Assembly (NCBI GenBank): GCA_018821305.1
Contig: JAHJMN010000021.1
Location: 17,451 to 81,450 of the forward strand
Source of the DNA: Myxococcota bacterium
GTDB taxonomy: Bacteria > Myxococcota_A > Polyangia > HGW-17
Length of the DNA stretch: 64,000 nucleotides
Reading direction: 5' to 3'
Positions within the stretch are counted from its first letter, which is position 1; each line of letters starts with the position of its first letter. Positions 39,878-49,911 of this stretch are shown piece by piece. Under the pieces are notes generated by a model. The model was not told the origin of the DNA, did no database searches, and saw nothing but the letters and a program-made list of their open reading frames with translations. A program made the translations under genes and the position numbers.

Positions 39878-40816
39878 TTACCTCACTTTCTTGAGCCAAG
39901 TCGCAGCCCTTGCCGCGACATCAGAGTTCGGATATGTCTCGATCAGACGTGAAATTATCTGTCGACCTTTCTTTTTATCTCCAAGATTATAGTGACTTAA
40001 TCCTATTTTGAAAGTGGCATCAGGTACTTTTGCCCCTTTCTTGTTCAATTGTATAACTTTATTATAAAAGTTAATTGCATTACGGTAACTTGCTTTTCGG
40101 TAAAATGATTCCCCCTGCCAGAACAGGGCATTCGGCACCCAGGGACTCTCCGGATATGTGCTGACAAGTTTTGAAAAATTAATTACAGCTAATTCATATC
40201 GCGCCATGCGAAACCATTTCATCCCTTGCTCGTAGAGATAACCATCACCATCTTTTCCAAGTTTGACCGCAGGATAAACAGACTTGCTTTTAATTTCCGG
40301 TTTCTTCGAAACACTTGAATTACCAAGAGTTCCATCCGAATCGGAGGGTTCTTTCAATGGGTGGAACTTTCCAAGTCTCAAGACTCGATCACCTTTAACA
40401 GTTGGAATATAATGAGGATTGTCCACAGGTCCAGACGGTGAGCCCTTCAGAACCAATCGAATGCGGCCTTTTCTCTTTTTATATTTTGTTTTTCTTTGAA
40501 CAGCGGGCTCAGGTTCCTGTTCTTCAAGTTCGCCCACTGTCGCAGGTTTAAGTTTCGTTTCCGGAAGATTGTCTGGCTCTTTTATGTTTTCACCATTACC
40601 ATTGTTTGCAGGTTTCTTTTTACGATGTTCAATTACCCTGCTTTCCAGAACCAGAAGCCGGTTTTTAATTGTTCCGATCTCTGTTGCAATTTCTTTCTGC
40701 TGAGATTTAATTGATCTCAAAATCTGAAGATCTTCGGCGCTCAACCCTTTTGAGCACGAAAAATTGAGAGAAATCGCCAAGATTGAAAGGAAAATATGTA
40801 TGCTTTTAGGAGACAT
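39878..40816 (-). CDS. cpoB: Tol-Pal associated TPR lipoprotein CpoB/YbgF-like
   Basis: Lipobox FSC, coiled coil, YPESPWVPNALFWQGES and KVPDATFKIG..LIETYPNS. Confidence 0.8.
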   Translation of the reverse strand: MSPKSIHIFLSILAISLNFSCSKGLSAEDLQILRSIKSQQKEIATEIGTIKNRLLVLESRVIEHRKKKPANNGNGENIKEPDNLPETKLKPATVGELEEQEPEPAVQRKTKYKKRKGRIRLVLKGSPSGPVDNPHYIPTVKGDRVLRLGKFHPLKEPSDSDGTLGNSSVSKKPEIKSKSVYPAVKLGKDGDGYLYEQGMKWFRMARYELAVINFSKLVSTYPESPWVPNALFWQGESFYRKASYRNAINFYNKVIQLNKKGAKVPDATFKIGLSHYNLGDKKKGRQIISRLIETYPNSDVAARAATWLKKVR

Positions 40817-40869
40817 TGTAGTACACCTCTATACACTGTGTACCATACAACCACAACCTTTGCAAGAAA

Positions 40870-41607
40870 ATGACTTTTCTTATGAATAATTATCTACTCA
40901 AGTGGCCTTTACCTGTTGAAATTATGACTTTCATCCGTCGAAAAAACCGTTTTATTTCAGAAATGCTTGATTCAACTGGATTGAAAGTCGAGGTTCATTC
41001 ACCAAATACCGGCTCTATGAAAAACCTCCTGCTTCCAGGATCAAGATGCCTTGTTCATAATACAGGGAAGGTTGATCGAAAATATCCATTTTCCTGGATT
41101 AGTGTGGAAAATGAAGGTGTTTGGGTGGGAATTGATACAATTTTTACTAATAAAATTGCTGGCAAGCTTATACGAGATGGATTTATACCTGATCTCACAG
41201 ACATTTTATCCATAACGCCTGAAGTTAAAACTGGACAATCAAGGCTGGATTTTAAAGTTGTCACAAGATCCGGTTTCAATGTTTGGATTGAAGTTAAAAA
41301 TGTAACTCTTCTGGAAAACAAAACAGCTTTATTTCCGGATGCTGTTACAGAGAGGGGAATCAAGCACCTTGAAGAACTTATGACTCTAAAAGTACCGGAC
41401 CATCGATGTATCATGCTTTATATAATAAATCGAGGAGATGCGGAGTTTTTTGATGCAGCCCGCGAAATTCACAAGGCTTATGAGTCGCAACTAAAATCAG
41501 CTATCAAAAAAGGGGTGGAAATATTTCCTGTGGTAATGCATTGCGATACTACAGGAGTGAAATTCCTTAAATTTGCCGAAATTTCTGAAAATTTGCTCTC
41601 ACCTTAG
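40870..41607 (+). CDS. sfsA: DNA/RNA nuclease SfsA
   Basis: RRKNRF, HSPNTGSM, SRLDF, IEVKNVTL and FPDAVTERGIKHL. Confidence 0.95.
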   Translation: MTFLMNNYLLKWPLPVEIMTFIRRKNRFISEMLDSTGLKVEVHSPNTGSMKNLLLPGSRCLVHNTGKVDRKYPFSWISVENEGVWVGIDTIFTNKIAGKLIRDGFIPDLTDILSITPEVKTGQSRLDFKVVTRSGFNVWIEVKNVTLLENKTALFPDAVTERGIKHLEELMTLKVPDHRCIMLYIINRGDAEFFDAAREIHKAYESQLKSAIKKGVEIFPVVMHCDTTGVKFLKFAEISENLLSP

Positions 41608-41648
41608 AATTTTGGTTCTGATAAAATTATTTCTAACAATTTCAAAGA

Positions 41649-41747
41649 ATTTCAGGTAACCAGAAAATCAGTAGCAGGAACAGGAAAACAGGGGCTCTTT
41701 CCTGAAGAATTTCTTTTAAACGAACAACAATCGTATTGCGGGATCTA
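41649..41747 (-). mobile_element. Partial family B copy
   Basis: TTCAGGTAACCAGAAAATCAGTAGCAGGAACAGGAAAACAGGGGCTC..AATCGTATT matches family B; ends on the kbl TAG. Confidence 0.7.
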
Positions 41748-42944
41748 ATCTATCACGCCGTGTTTGCGACCGACCTTTTCAAATGCAGCAACTGCTTTTT
41801 CCAATTGTTCCATGGAATGCATTGCACTGATTTGAGTTCTGATACGGGCTTTTTCTTTGGGAACGACAGGATAAGAGAAGCCTATAGCATAAACACCTTC
41901 GTCAAGGAGATCATCAGCTATCATTGAAGCAAGGCGAGCGTCGCCAAGCATAACGGGAATGATTGCATGATCTTTTCCAGCAAGATTAAACCCCAGTCGG
42001 CTCATTTCTTCTCTGAAGAATTTCATGTTCCCTGCTAACTTATCGATAAGCTCGGTGGATTCCTGTACTATTTCAAGCACTTTAAGCGTTGTTGCAGCAA
42101 TTACGGGAGCAAGGGTATTGGAAAATAGATAAGGTCTCGATCGCTGTCTTAAAATATCTATTACTGCTTTATGTGAAGCAGTAAAGCCTCCACTTGCGCC
42201 ACCCATGGCTTTTCCGAGGGTACTCGTAACAATGTCGACTCGGTCTATGACATTATTATATTCATGGCTGCCACGCCCTGTTTTTCCGATGAAACCAGTC
42301 GCGTGTGAATCGTCGACCATAACTATCGCGTTATATTTGTCTGCAAGATCGCATACTCCAGCAAGATTCGCGATAATGCCATCCATAGAAAAAACACCGT
42401 CAGTTGCGATCATTTTCAATCTAAGACCCTGAGCATCTGCTTCAATAAGTTGCTTCTCGAGATCTTCCATATCATTGTTAATATATCGGAATCTTTTGGC
42501 TTTACACAGTCTGACGCCGTCTATTATTGATGCATGATTCAAAGTATCACTAATAATTGCGTCCTGCTCTGTAAGCAGTGTTTCAAAAAGACCACCATTA
42601 GCATCAAAACAACTTGAATAGAGAATTACATCTTCTTTTCCAATGAAAGCAGCGAGTTTTGCTTCCAACTCTTTGTGCAAATCAAGTGTACCTACTATAA
42701 ACCTTACGCTGCTCATTCCAAATGCATATTTATCGAGGGCGGCTTTAGCAGAGTCAACAAGTCGTGGATCATTGGCAAGTCCCAGATAATTGTTTGCACA
42801 CATATTAATAACTGGTTCGCTGCGTCCGGCGACTTTTATAAGAGAGCTTTGTGGAGTAACTACAATCCGTTCAGATTTAAACAACCCTGCATCTCGTATG
42901 TTTTTCAGTTCAGTTTCGAGTATTTCCTTGAAATTACCGTACAT
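41745..42944 (-). CDS. kbl: Glycine C-acetyltransferase (2-amino-3-ketobutyrate CoA ligase)
   Basis: [37 protein letters not shown] and [11 protein letters not shown]. Confidence 0.96.
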   Translation of the reverse strand: MYGNFKEILETELKNIRDAGLFKSERIVVTPQSSLIKVAGRSEPVINMCANNYLGLANDPRLVDSAKAALDKYAFGMSSVRFIVGTLDLHKELEAKLAAFIGKEDVILYSSCFDANGGLFETLLTEQDAIISDTLNHASIIDGVRLCKAKRFRYINNDMEDLEKQLIEADAQGLRLKMIATDGVFSMDGIIANLAGVCDLADKYNAIVMVDDSHATGFIGKTGRGSHEYNNVIDRVDIVTSTLGKAMGGASGGFTASHKAVIDILRQRSRPYLFSNTLAPVIAATTLKVLEIVQESTELIDKLAGNMKFFREEMSRLGFNLAGKDHAIIPVMLGDARLASMIADDLLDEGVYAIGFSYPVVPKEKARIRTQISAMHSMEQLEKAVAAFEKVGRKHGVID

Positions 42945-42989
42945 AATGAGTCTCCTGCTTTCTATGGTTAGTTCAGGACAGTAACTGTT

Positions 42990-43134
42990 TAGTTCGTGTC
43001 CGGAAATTCGATTCGCGAAGAATTTTGTTAAAAATTCTATCCGGCCACTACCAGTGAATTCAAGACATTGCGGTTACTGTCCTGAGTAAAAAATCGACAA
43101 AAAATTTAAAAACCGTATTTCAGGAAAGTAACTG
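42990..43134 (-). mobile_element. MITE-like repeat family A, copy 5 (reverse orientation, diverged; extra fragment at 42969-42986)
   Basis: Reverse complement of the family A consensus. Confidence 0.78.
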
Positions 43135-43209
43135 GTTAAGAACACTGGCAATCTGATCGTAGATTTATAACAAGAAAATACCCTCGAGAGCAACTTAAAA
43201 TGTGATGTT

Positions 43210-43695
43210 TCAGGTTCCAAGAGAATGTATCTGACGAATTGCTTCATAGGCACCAATACCGACGGAATTTGCAAGATTCAAGCTGCGAATATCCTTCATC
43301 ATCGGAATGCGTACACAATTTCCAGGATATTTATCCAGCAACCAGCGAGGAAGACCCTTAGTTTCACTTCCAAATGCGAGTGCGTCGCCAGGAAGAAACC
43401 TGGAATCATACATGGAATTGCCTACTTTTGTCGAAAACAGGTGAAAACGACCGCCTAACTTCTCAAAAAAAGCATCGATGTCTGGTTCGTAGAACTTTTC
43501 AACGAGTTCCCAGTAATCAAGCCCGGCCCTTTTCCTTCTTGGATGGTTCTCATCAAAAGCAATTTTTCCCACAATGTAAAGTGGGCTTCCGATGCAGGCA
43601 CATATCCGCGACACAGCTCCGATGTTTGGTGGAATTTCAGGCTCGACTAAGACCATTTTCAAGGGCGTAACTTCAGAACTTAAGATAACTGACAT
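43210..43695 (-). CDS. trmL: tRNA (cytidine/uridine-34-2'-O)-methyltransferase TrmL
   Basis: PEIPPNIG, RAGLDYW, FGSETKGLP and RSLNLANS (SPOUT). Confidence 0.95.
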   Translation of the reverse strand: MSVILSSEVTPLKMVLVEPEIPPNIGAVSRICACIGSPLYIVGKIAFDENHPRRKRAGLDYWELVEKFYEPDIDAFFEKLGGRFHLFSTKVGNSMYDSRFLPGDALAFGSETKGLPRWLLDKYPGNCVRIPMMKDIRSLNLANSVGIGAYEAIRQIHSLGT

Positions 43696-43716
43696 TCTTA
43701 TCTCCCGGGAACTAAT

Positions 43717-43862
43717 CAGTCACTGTCCTGAAAATAAAGAAATCATATTTTTTAGCCGATTTTTGGCTCAGGACAGTGACCACAAGGTGTTCCATTTATT
43801 GTAGTGGCCTGTTAGGATTTTTAATAAAATCCTTCGTAAAGCGAATTACAGGGTACGTACTT
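43717..43862 (+). mobile_element. MITE-like repeat family A, copy 6
   Basis: Diverged copy with a compensatory stem change (GTCACTGTCCTGA/TCAGGACAGTGAC). Confidence 0.78.
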
Positions 43863-43967
43863 ATAATATTAAAAATCGGTTTCTTTGATACAACAATCTC
43901 TCTCAGGAGATGATCTCAAAACCAATTGACCCCGAAAGATACCTGATTTTTTACTTTTCAGGAATTA

Positions 43968-45257
43968 TTATCGTTTGAGATTTACGACTTCGTTGAGCAT
44001 GTCTGATGCGGTGGTGATAGTACGGGAGTTAGCCTGGAATCCCCTCTGGTAAGCAATCATATTTACGAATTCTTTTGCGAGATCGACATTTGACTGTTCA
44101 AGGGAGTTTGAGTAAATTGTACCGCGTCCACCGGTATTGGCAGCTCCTACAGCTGGATCTCCAGAAACATCCGTTGAGATCCACAGGGAGTTTCCTGATC
44201 GCTGAAGACCATTTTCATTCTGGAATGATGCTAAAGCAACCTGTCCAAGAAGTCGGTGTTCACCATTTGAGAAAAGTCCTTCAATTTCCCCGTCGGCATC
44301 TATTGTTATATCCTGCAAAGTACCAGTTGAGTATCCATCCTGAGAAAGAGTAATTACTGCACTTTCATCAGCAAACTGAGTTGCTCCGTCAAAACCGCTT
44401 GCACCGCCAGCTGTTCCTATACCAAAATCCATTGCTATTGTTGATGCTCCAGCTCCACCGGCGAAGGTCACAGCGGTGGGGGTTGATGTTACGGTGGTCA
44501 TACTACCATCGGTTCCAAAAGTTAATGTGCCTGTGTCAATTTCCTGAAGAACACCAGGAGTACCACCGGCAATATCGGCGCCATCAACCATCGCATGATA
44601 ATCCCAAGTATTATCAGCGGTTTTTGAGAAGTAAACATCAACACGATGGGAATTACCAAGAGTATCATAAACTGTTGCAGACGTGCTGAAGTTGCTTGAA
44701 TTTACCGGATCCGTCGGATCCCACGTGGTAACTGCTTCTCTCGAATCGAGATTAATGCTCAAATCAACAGTAGTTGTTGCATTTGCGGGTAGCGGAGATG
44801 TCGGTAATGCAATATCACCAACTCCGCCTGCAATTTGACCTGTATCATCAACACCGTAACCCTGAACCCGGAGGCTGTTGGGGTTAACGAGGAATCCGTC
44901 AGCATCAATATTAAACTGCCCTGCTCTTGTATAGAAATCCCCACTGACGCCATTTACAGTTCCGTTCACAACGAAAAATCCATGACCTGTGATTGCCAGA
45001 TCTGTAACGCTGCCGGTATTGATCAATGCTCCCTGACTGAATATCTGTTGAACATTACCAAGCATACTTCCGCGACCGATCTGACTCAGTCCTGCACCAC
45101 CATGAACTGTTTCGGCCAGCATGTCCTGAAAGTTTGCCCGTCCTTCTTTGAATCCTACTGTGTTTACGTTTGCGATGTTGTCCCCAGTAACACTGAGGCC
45201 CTGGGAGTTGGTCGACATTCCGGAAGTTCCTGAATACATACTTGTGATTAGAGACAT
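43968..45257 (-). CDS. flgE: Flagellar hook protein FlgE
   Basis: GDNIANVNTVGFK, DLAITGHGFF, YTRAGQF and LEQSNVDLAKEFVNMIAYQRGFQANSR; start reassigned to ATG 45257. Confidence 0.97.
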   Translation of the reverse strand: MSLITSMYSGTSGMSTNSQGLSVTGDNIANVNTVGFKEGRANFQDMLAETVHGGAGLSQIGRGSMLGNVQQIFSQGALINTGSVTDLAITGHGFFVVNGTVNGVSGDFYTRAGQFNIDADGFLVNPNSLRVQGYGVDDTGQIAGGVGDIALPTSPLPANATTTVDLSINLDSREAVTTWDPTDPVNSSNFSTSATVYDTLGNSHRVDVYFSKTADNTWDYHAMVDGADIAGGTPGVLQEIDTGTLTFGTDGSMTTVTSTPTAVTFAGGAGASTIAMDFGIGTAGGASGFDGATQFADESAVITLSQDGYSTGTLQDITIDADGEIEGLFSNGEHRLLGQVALASFQNENGLQRSGNSLWISTDVSGDPAVGAANTGGRGTIYSNSLEQSNVDLAKEFVNMIAYQRGFQANSRTITTASDMLNEVVNLKR

Positions 45258-45350
45258 TTTCCTCTCCTGGTTCCGGCTCAGGGTCCGATTTCCCCGGACC
45301 CATTCACCTGACACATTCCAATGACCACTTCCGTGTCGCCTCGAGGAACG
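45258..45350 (-). promoter_or_regulatory. Structured GGA-rich flgE leader (candidate CsrA/RsmA target)
   Basis: Seven GGA motifs in about 75 nt, including ACACGGAAGT (A/UCANGGANGU/A consensus) in a CAC-GGAA-GTG hairpin and GGA overlapping the SD. Confidence 0.5.
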
Positions 45351-45430
45351 CACAATTGTTAAAAGTTGTTGTTAATTATAACTCCATCATAAATTATTAG
45401 ATCACTAATTATTATTATAATTTTTCATTT

Positions 45431-46129
45431 TCATCCGCTCGTGGATATTCCAACTGATGTCTGTCCTATTGATATAATATCTCCAAGTTTTACTTTACGC
45501 CCGTTTACCATCATTTCAGGATATCCATTATCATATCTTACTTCACTCACTGTACCGATTACATAGCTTACAGCACTTACACCATTACCGTTGGCATCAT
45601 ATGCTTCAACAGAGAATTTATATTCACCAGGTCCCATTGTGCGACCATCGTTATCTTTCCCGTCCCACGTATATTTGCTGGTTCCTTCAGGAAGATCCTT
45701 CAAATCCACGGTGCGCACAACTGAACCACTCTTATCTTTTATGGTTACTTTTACGGATGCGGCTTCATTTCCAAGCCGATATGTCAAATCAGTTGTCCCA
45801 GTCCCGCCATAAGTAAACATATCTCCTTTTGCTGTAACTTCCTTACCAACAAGATTTGCGGCCTGAGCGTTAGTTTGACTCAGTTGTGCCACTTGAAGCA
45901 GTTCCAGATTGGAATTGGCTTTTATCTGCTGTTCCAGAGTAGAGAATTGTGCCATCTGAGAAACAAATTGATAGTTATCCATAGGAGATAACGGGTCCTG
46001 ATTTTTCAACTGGGTAATCAGCAAATTTAGAAATTGCTGCTGATCGATGTTATTATTTGATGTAGTCCCGGTCTTCGATGTTTGACCAAGATACGCTCCG
46101 GAGTTTGTCGTAGGTACTATGCTTGACAT
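45431..46129 (-). CDS. flgD: Flagellar hook capping protein FlgD
   Basis: FLNLLITQLKNQDPLSPMD..QMAQFSTLEQ and WDGKDNDG; start reassigned to 46129. Confidence 0.96.
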   Translation of the reverse strand: MSSIVPTTNSGAYLGQTSKTGTTSNNNIDQQQFLNLLITQLKNQDPLSPMDNYQFVSQMAQFSTLEQQIKANSNLELLQVAQLSQTNAQAANLVGKEVTAKGDMFTYGGTGTTDLTYRLGNEAASVKVTIKDKSGSVVRTVDLKDLPEGTSKYTWDGKDNDGRTMGPGEYKFSVEAYDANGNGVSAVSYVIGTVSEVRYDNGYPEMMVNGRKVKLGDIISIGQTSVGISTSG

Positions 46130-46139
46130 GATTGCCTCC

Positions 46140-49100
46140 TCAGGCCATAAAATCCAGTAGGTTATTCTTTGCACTCTTCGTGCCAGTAGCTTTCCTGTTT
46201 GACTCCGCCTCTGTATTTTTACTGTTATTACTATCAGTTATGTCAATTTCATAAGTTTCATCATCACTGGTTGATGTCCGGTGATGTCTCTCAGAAGAAC
46301 TACCAAACTCAAAAGATAACAGGTTATGTCCTTGATTTTTTAACATCTTTTCAATATTAAGAGCATCGTTTTTAATCTGTTCGATTAAATTGGTATCCTT
46401 ACCGTCAATGTATATACGGATCCCATCATTTTCCTCGCGAACTCTGATTTCGGTCCCTTTATAGGTAACACGAATTTCTTTGCCATCTTCAGCACTTACA
46501 GCCTTTTCCATTATTTTTTCAATAACTTTTTCCGGTGCATCAGTCTTCTCAGGCGCCAAGGGAGGCTGGGCTTCTTTTATTTCCGGTGCAAATTTGAATT
46601 CCACCTTCTCATTATTAACTACAGTGACGATATCTTTATCTATTTTTGACTTCCCTTTTTGATAAGTAGTTGTATTTTCTGGTTTTATAGTGTTATTTTC
46701 AACATTATTGAGTCTCTCAGGGTTATCAAGAACATCAATATCTGTCAAACCGGACGAAAAAGACTCATAAGAAGGTGTCAAAATTTCCTTTTCTGAAACC
46801 GGGATTTTGACGTTTTTTGTTTGCAATTCAGGATTTCTAACAGGTGCAGATCTATCATCATAAGATCCAAAGGTTTTCCCTGTCGATTTTTCACCTTGAG
46901 TACTTGAAAATTTCGCTTCAATCTCTATTTCCTTTTCCATATCAAGAGTTTCTACTCGCTCAATCGTAGTATTATCTGCTGTCTTGAAATCATTATTCTT
47001 TTTGTTTTCAGTTTCCGCCATTATGGTAGTTTTTGTTTCGGTTTTCTGGTTGGCATCCGGTGTATTTCTATTATCCACCGCAACTTCGCTGCCTTTAATT
47101 GCTCTTGTATTTGCTTTGATATCAGTTTCAATCGGCGTCCTGACACCGTCATCAAAATCCTGGATTAACATTTCATCTATATAATCGTTACGTTTTCCAC
47201 TTGTTTCAAAAGACAGGTTTTCTATATGTTCATCTGAACCTGCCATCGTGGGATTGCTTACTGCTGTTTTCAGTCCGAAAAAGTCTTTTTGTACAGTAGC
47301 GGGCAATTCCTCAGAAGCAGCAACAGCATAATTTTGGGCTTCAGACATGGGATTACTTTTTTGAGTTACATCTGGAATGGAATCTAAACGCACCTGAGTT
47401 TCTGCTTTTTCCTTTTCCGTGGAAACATCAGTATCCTGGAAATTAACTACAGAATCATCGTTAACCTCTGGATTATAAAGCGAACTGGATTTCCCTTCTT
47501 TCGGCACTTCAGGTGATTCCTGGACTCTTGCGTATTCGGATCCTTGACTCGATTCAACTTTTCCAATTATTTCGTCTTCCACTGCCACTGCTGCATCTTC
47601 GTTTACAACATTTGTTTGTACTGCCGCTGTATTTGACTTATCAACTTCGTTGACAACTTCATTGTCCACTGCTGCTGGATTAAACTCTTCTACTTCACTG
47701 ACAACTTCATTGTCCACTGCTGCTGGATTAAACTCTTCTACTTCGTTGAGAACTTCATCGTCCACTGCTGCTGGATTAAACTCTTCAACTTCACTGACAA
47801 CTTCATCGTCCACTGCTGCTGAATTAAACTCTTCAACTTCACTGGCAACGTCAAATTCCAGAGGATATTCTTTACTTTCTATTTTTGAGTTAACCAGAAT
47901 CTCATCGAAAACTGTTTCTGTCATATCAGTAACATATGTATTTTCTTCGGGCTTTTGTTCTGAAACTGACTTATCCCTGACTACTTTTGCAGAAATTATC
48001 TCATCTGGCCCACTGACAACTTCCGATCCCTCAGAATATTCCATCCCTTTAATCCCTGATCCATCGAATTTTACTTGAAGCTCATCAAGACTTGCTTCCG
48101 TATCCTTAATAAATGATTTTTCTACGGGATTTGATTTTTGACTTAACTCATCTCCCACAACCTCCAGCCCACTTGATGATTGATTTAACTCATCGCCTTC
48201 ACCGACAACTTCAACTTTTGGTTCCACCTTTGCCGGAACTGACTCTTCTGGACCATGGCTAACTCCCGTTTCATCGGGAAAATCTGTTTCATTGAATCCA
48301 ATTTCGTCAAAATTTGATTGAAGTTCATCAAGACTTGCTTTCGTTTCCTTAACAAATGATTTTTCTACGGGATTTGATTTTTGACTTAACTCATCTACCA
48401 CAACCTCCAGCCCACTTGATGATTGATTTAACTCATCGCCTTCACCGACAACTTCAACTTTTGGTTCCACCTTTGCCGGAACTGACTCATCAGCCCCACT
48501 GATTATTTCCATTTCTTCTGGATAGTCCACACTCTTCATTACTTTTGCGTGAGAGTCTAAATCCCTGAGGAATTCTTTTCCTGAATCAACAGAGGATACG
48601 CTGACTTCTATCTCATTATTATTGAGATATTCCCTGTCGTGTGTTTCATTCATTTGATATTTTACAGGTTCTACAAAATCTGCATCGATCTCTCCATCCT
48701 CATTCTTACTGTCTGTAGTCTTTCCAACTTCCTCCTGAGAAACCATATAATTTTCAAACATGGGATCATCTTCTAAAAGCAGACTATTAAATTCACCTGT
48801 TTCCGTTGCGAATACTATTCGGCGCTTTTCTATTTTTCCAGTGTTATCATTTAAAGATTCAGTCAGAATACTATCCACTTCATCTTCTATTTCAATAAAC
48901 TGTCCTGTCTTATACTGTTTAGAAACGGATCCTGTTGATGTATTTATTTTATTCAGGAAATCTTTTTGTTCTTTATTTCTATTTGTTTTTTCATTTCCAC
49001 TGTTAATACTTGAAATTTCTTTTGTTTCATTCAGTTCTTCTTTTTCAGTTCCAGGCTCTAAAGCAATATCACTTCCTGCGATACTTCCGGACTTTTCCTT

Positions 49101-49907
49101 ACGCCCATCGTTTGATGGTAGAACAGTTAAAAATACTGGAAATTCCCCTGAATTACTTAATGGCAGGTCAACTTGATTATATTTTTCACTCGATTTTTTA
49201 TCTTTCAGCAAATCGTTTTTAACATCAACGAAATATACATCTGATTCATCTTCTCCATAGCTTTCAGAAATACTGAAACTTACCCCCTGCTCATCAACCA
49301 TTACCTTATCCGGCTTCTTACCTACATTAACAAAATTATCAAGTTGTGGAAATGCTTTTGATTGTACTTCACCCCGGAACATCGGCTTTTCCCCGGAAGA
49401 TTTTGGGAAAACACTTTCAGGGAATATTTTCTTAATCTTTTCTTTTCTCTTATCATTTTCAGTGTATTTTTTAATATCGTCCTCACTCAGGGTCAAGGCA
49501 GCACTTTTCTTTTCAACGCTTTGTTTGAAACTTGTGGATTCATCTCCTCCAAATCTAATGTGCCGTAAATCCGTCACCGCCCGGTCAAGGTTTTCTTCCT
49601 CCATTATATAATTCAGGAGAAGGAATTTTTCACCTGTTGTACTTTTTGTCCCTTTTTTACTATCATCTGTAGTCTCTGGACTATCAATCAGTTCTTTTTT
49701 CACATCACCGACTAATTTTGTTTTCGGAGGGGTTTCTTCCATCGGTTTGGTTTTCGGAGGGGTTATATCAACCGATTCTTTTTTTTCGAAAAATACTTCC
49801 ACATCATTCAGAATAGTACTGAAGTTGTCCTTCTGAAACATACTCAAACTGTATTTCTTCGGTTTCGGAGGCATTTCTTTATTGTTTTGAATCCCGTTAG
49901 TTTTCAT
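46140..49907 (-). CDS. fliK: Flagellar hook-length control protein FliK, unusually long (about 1255 aa)
   Basis: Position between motE and flgD; acidic disordered body; C-terminal T3S4-like beta region (IRVREENDGIRIYI..LKNQGHNLLSFEF). Confidence 0.72.
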   Translation of the reverse strand: MKTNGIQNNKEMPPKPKKYSLSMFQKDNFSTILNDVEVFFEKKESVDITPPKTKPMEETPPKTKLVGDVKKELIDSPETTDDSKKGTKSTTGEKFLLLNYIMEEENLDRAVTDLRHIRFGGDESTSFKQSVEKKSAALTLSEDDIKKYTENDKRKEKIKKIFPESVFPKSSGEKPMFRGEVQSKAFPQLDNFVNVGKKPDKVMVDEQGVSFSISESYGEDESDVYFVDVKNDLLKDKKSSEKYNQVDLPLSNSGEFPVFLTVLPSNDGRKEKSGSIAGSDIALEPGTEKEELNETKEISSINSGNEKTNRNKEQKDFLNKINTSTGSVSKQYKTGQFIEIEDEVDSILTESLNDNTGKIEKRRIVFATETGEFNSLLLEDDPMFENYMVSQEEVGKTTDSKNEDGEIDADFVEPVKYQMNETHDREYLNNNEIEVSVSSVDSGKEFLRDLDSHAKVMKSVDYPEEMEIISGADESVPAKVEPKVEVVGEGDELNQSSSGLEVVVDELSQKSNPVEKSFVKETKASLDELQSNFDEIGFNETDFPDETGVSHGPEESVPAKVEPKVEVVGEGDELNQSSSGLEVVGDELSQKSNPVEKSFIKDTEASLDELQVKFDGSGIKGMEYSEGSEVVSGPDEIISAKVVRDKSVSEQKPEENTYVTDMTETVFDEILVNSKIESKEYPLEFDVASEVEEFNSAAVDDEVVSEVEEFNPAAVDDEVLNEVEEFNPAAVDNEVVSEVEEFNPAAVDNEVVNEVDKSNTAAVQTNVVNEDAAVAVEDEIIGKVESSQGSEYARVQESPEVPKEGKSSSLYNPEVNDDSVVNFQDTDVSTEKEKAETQVRLDSIPDVTQKSNPMSEAQNYAVAASEELPATVQKDFFGLKTAVSNPTMAGSDEHIENLSFETSGKRNDYIDEMLIQDFDDGVRTPIETDIKANTRAIKGSEVAVDNRNTPDANQKTETKTTIMAETENKKNNDFKTADNTTIERVETLDMEKEIEIEAKFSSTQGEKSTGKTFGSYDDRSAPVRNPELQTKNVKIPVSEKEILTPSYESFSSGLTDIDVLDNPERLNNVENNTIKPENTTTYQKGKSKIDKDIVTVVNNEKVEFKFAPEIKEAQPPLAPEKTDAPEKVIEKIMEKAVSAEDGKEIRVTYKGTEIRVREENDGIRIYIDGKDTNLIEQIKNDALNIEKMLKNQGHNLLSFEFGSSSERHHRTSTSDDETYEIDITDSNNSKNTEAESNRKATGTKSAKNNLLDFMA
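47650..47845. repeat. 48-bp tandem repeat x4 within fliK (EVEEFNPAAVDNEVVS)
   Basis: CAACTTCATTGTCCACTGCTGCTGGATTAAACTCTTCTACTTCACTGA and variants. Confidence 0.92.
48075..48489. repeat. About 170-bp direct duplication (243-bp period) within fliK
   Basis: ESVPAKVEPKVEVVGEGDELNQSSSGLEVV..SLDELQ is encoded twice with near-identical DNA. Confidence 0.92.
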
Positions 49908-49911
49908 GGCT

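Noticed and set aside
45258..45353. c-di-GMP riboswitch, or a 32-aa N-terminal extension of FlgE
   Set aside because: It lacks the class I (GCAAA..GAAA..GACGCAAA) and class II conserved motifs; FlgE homology begins at ATG 45257, which has a good SD.
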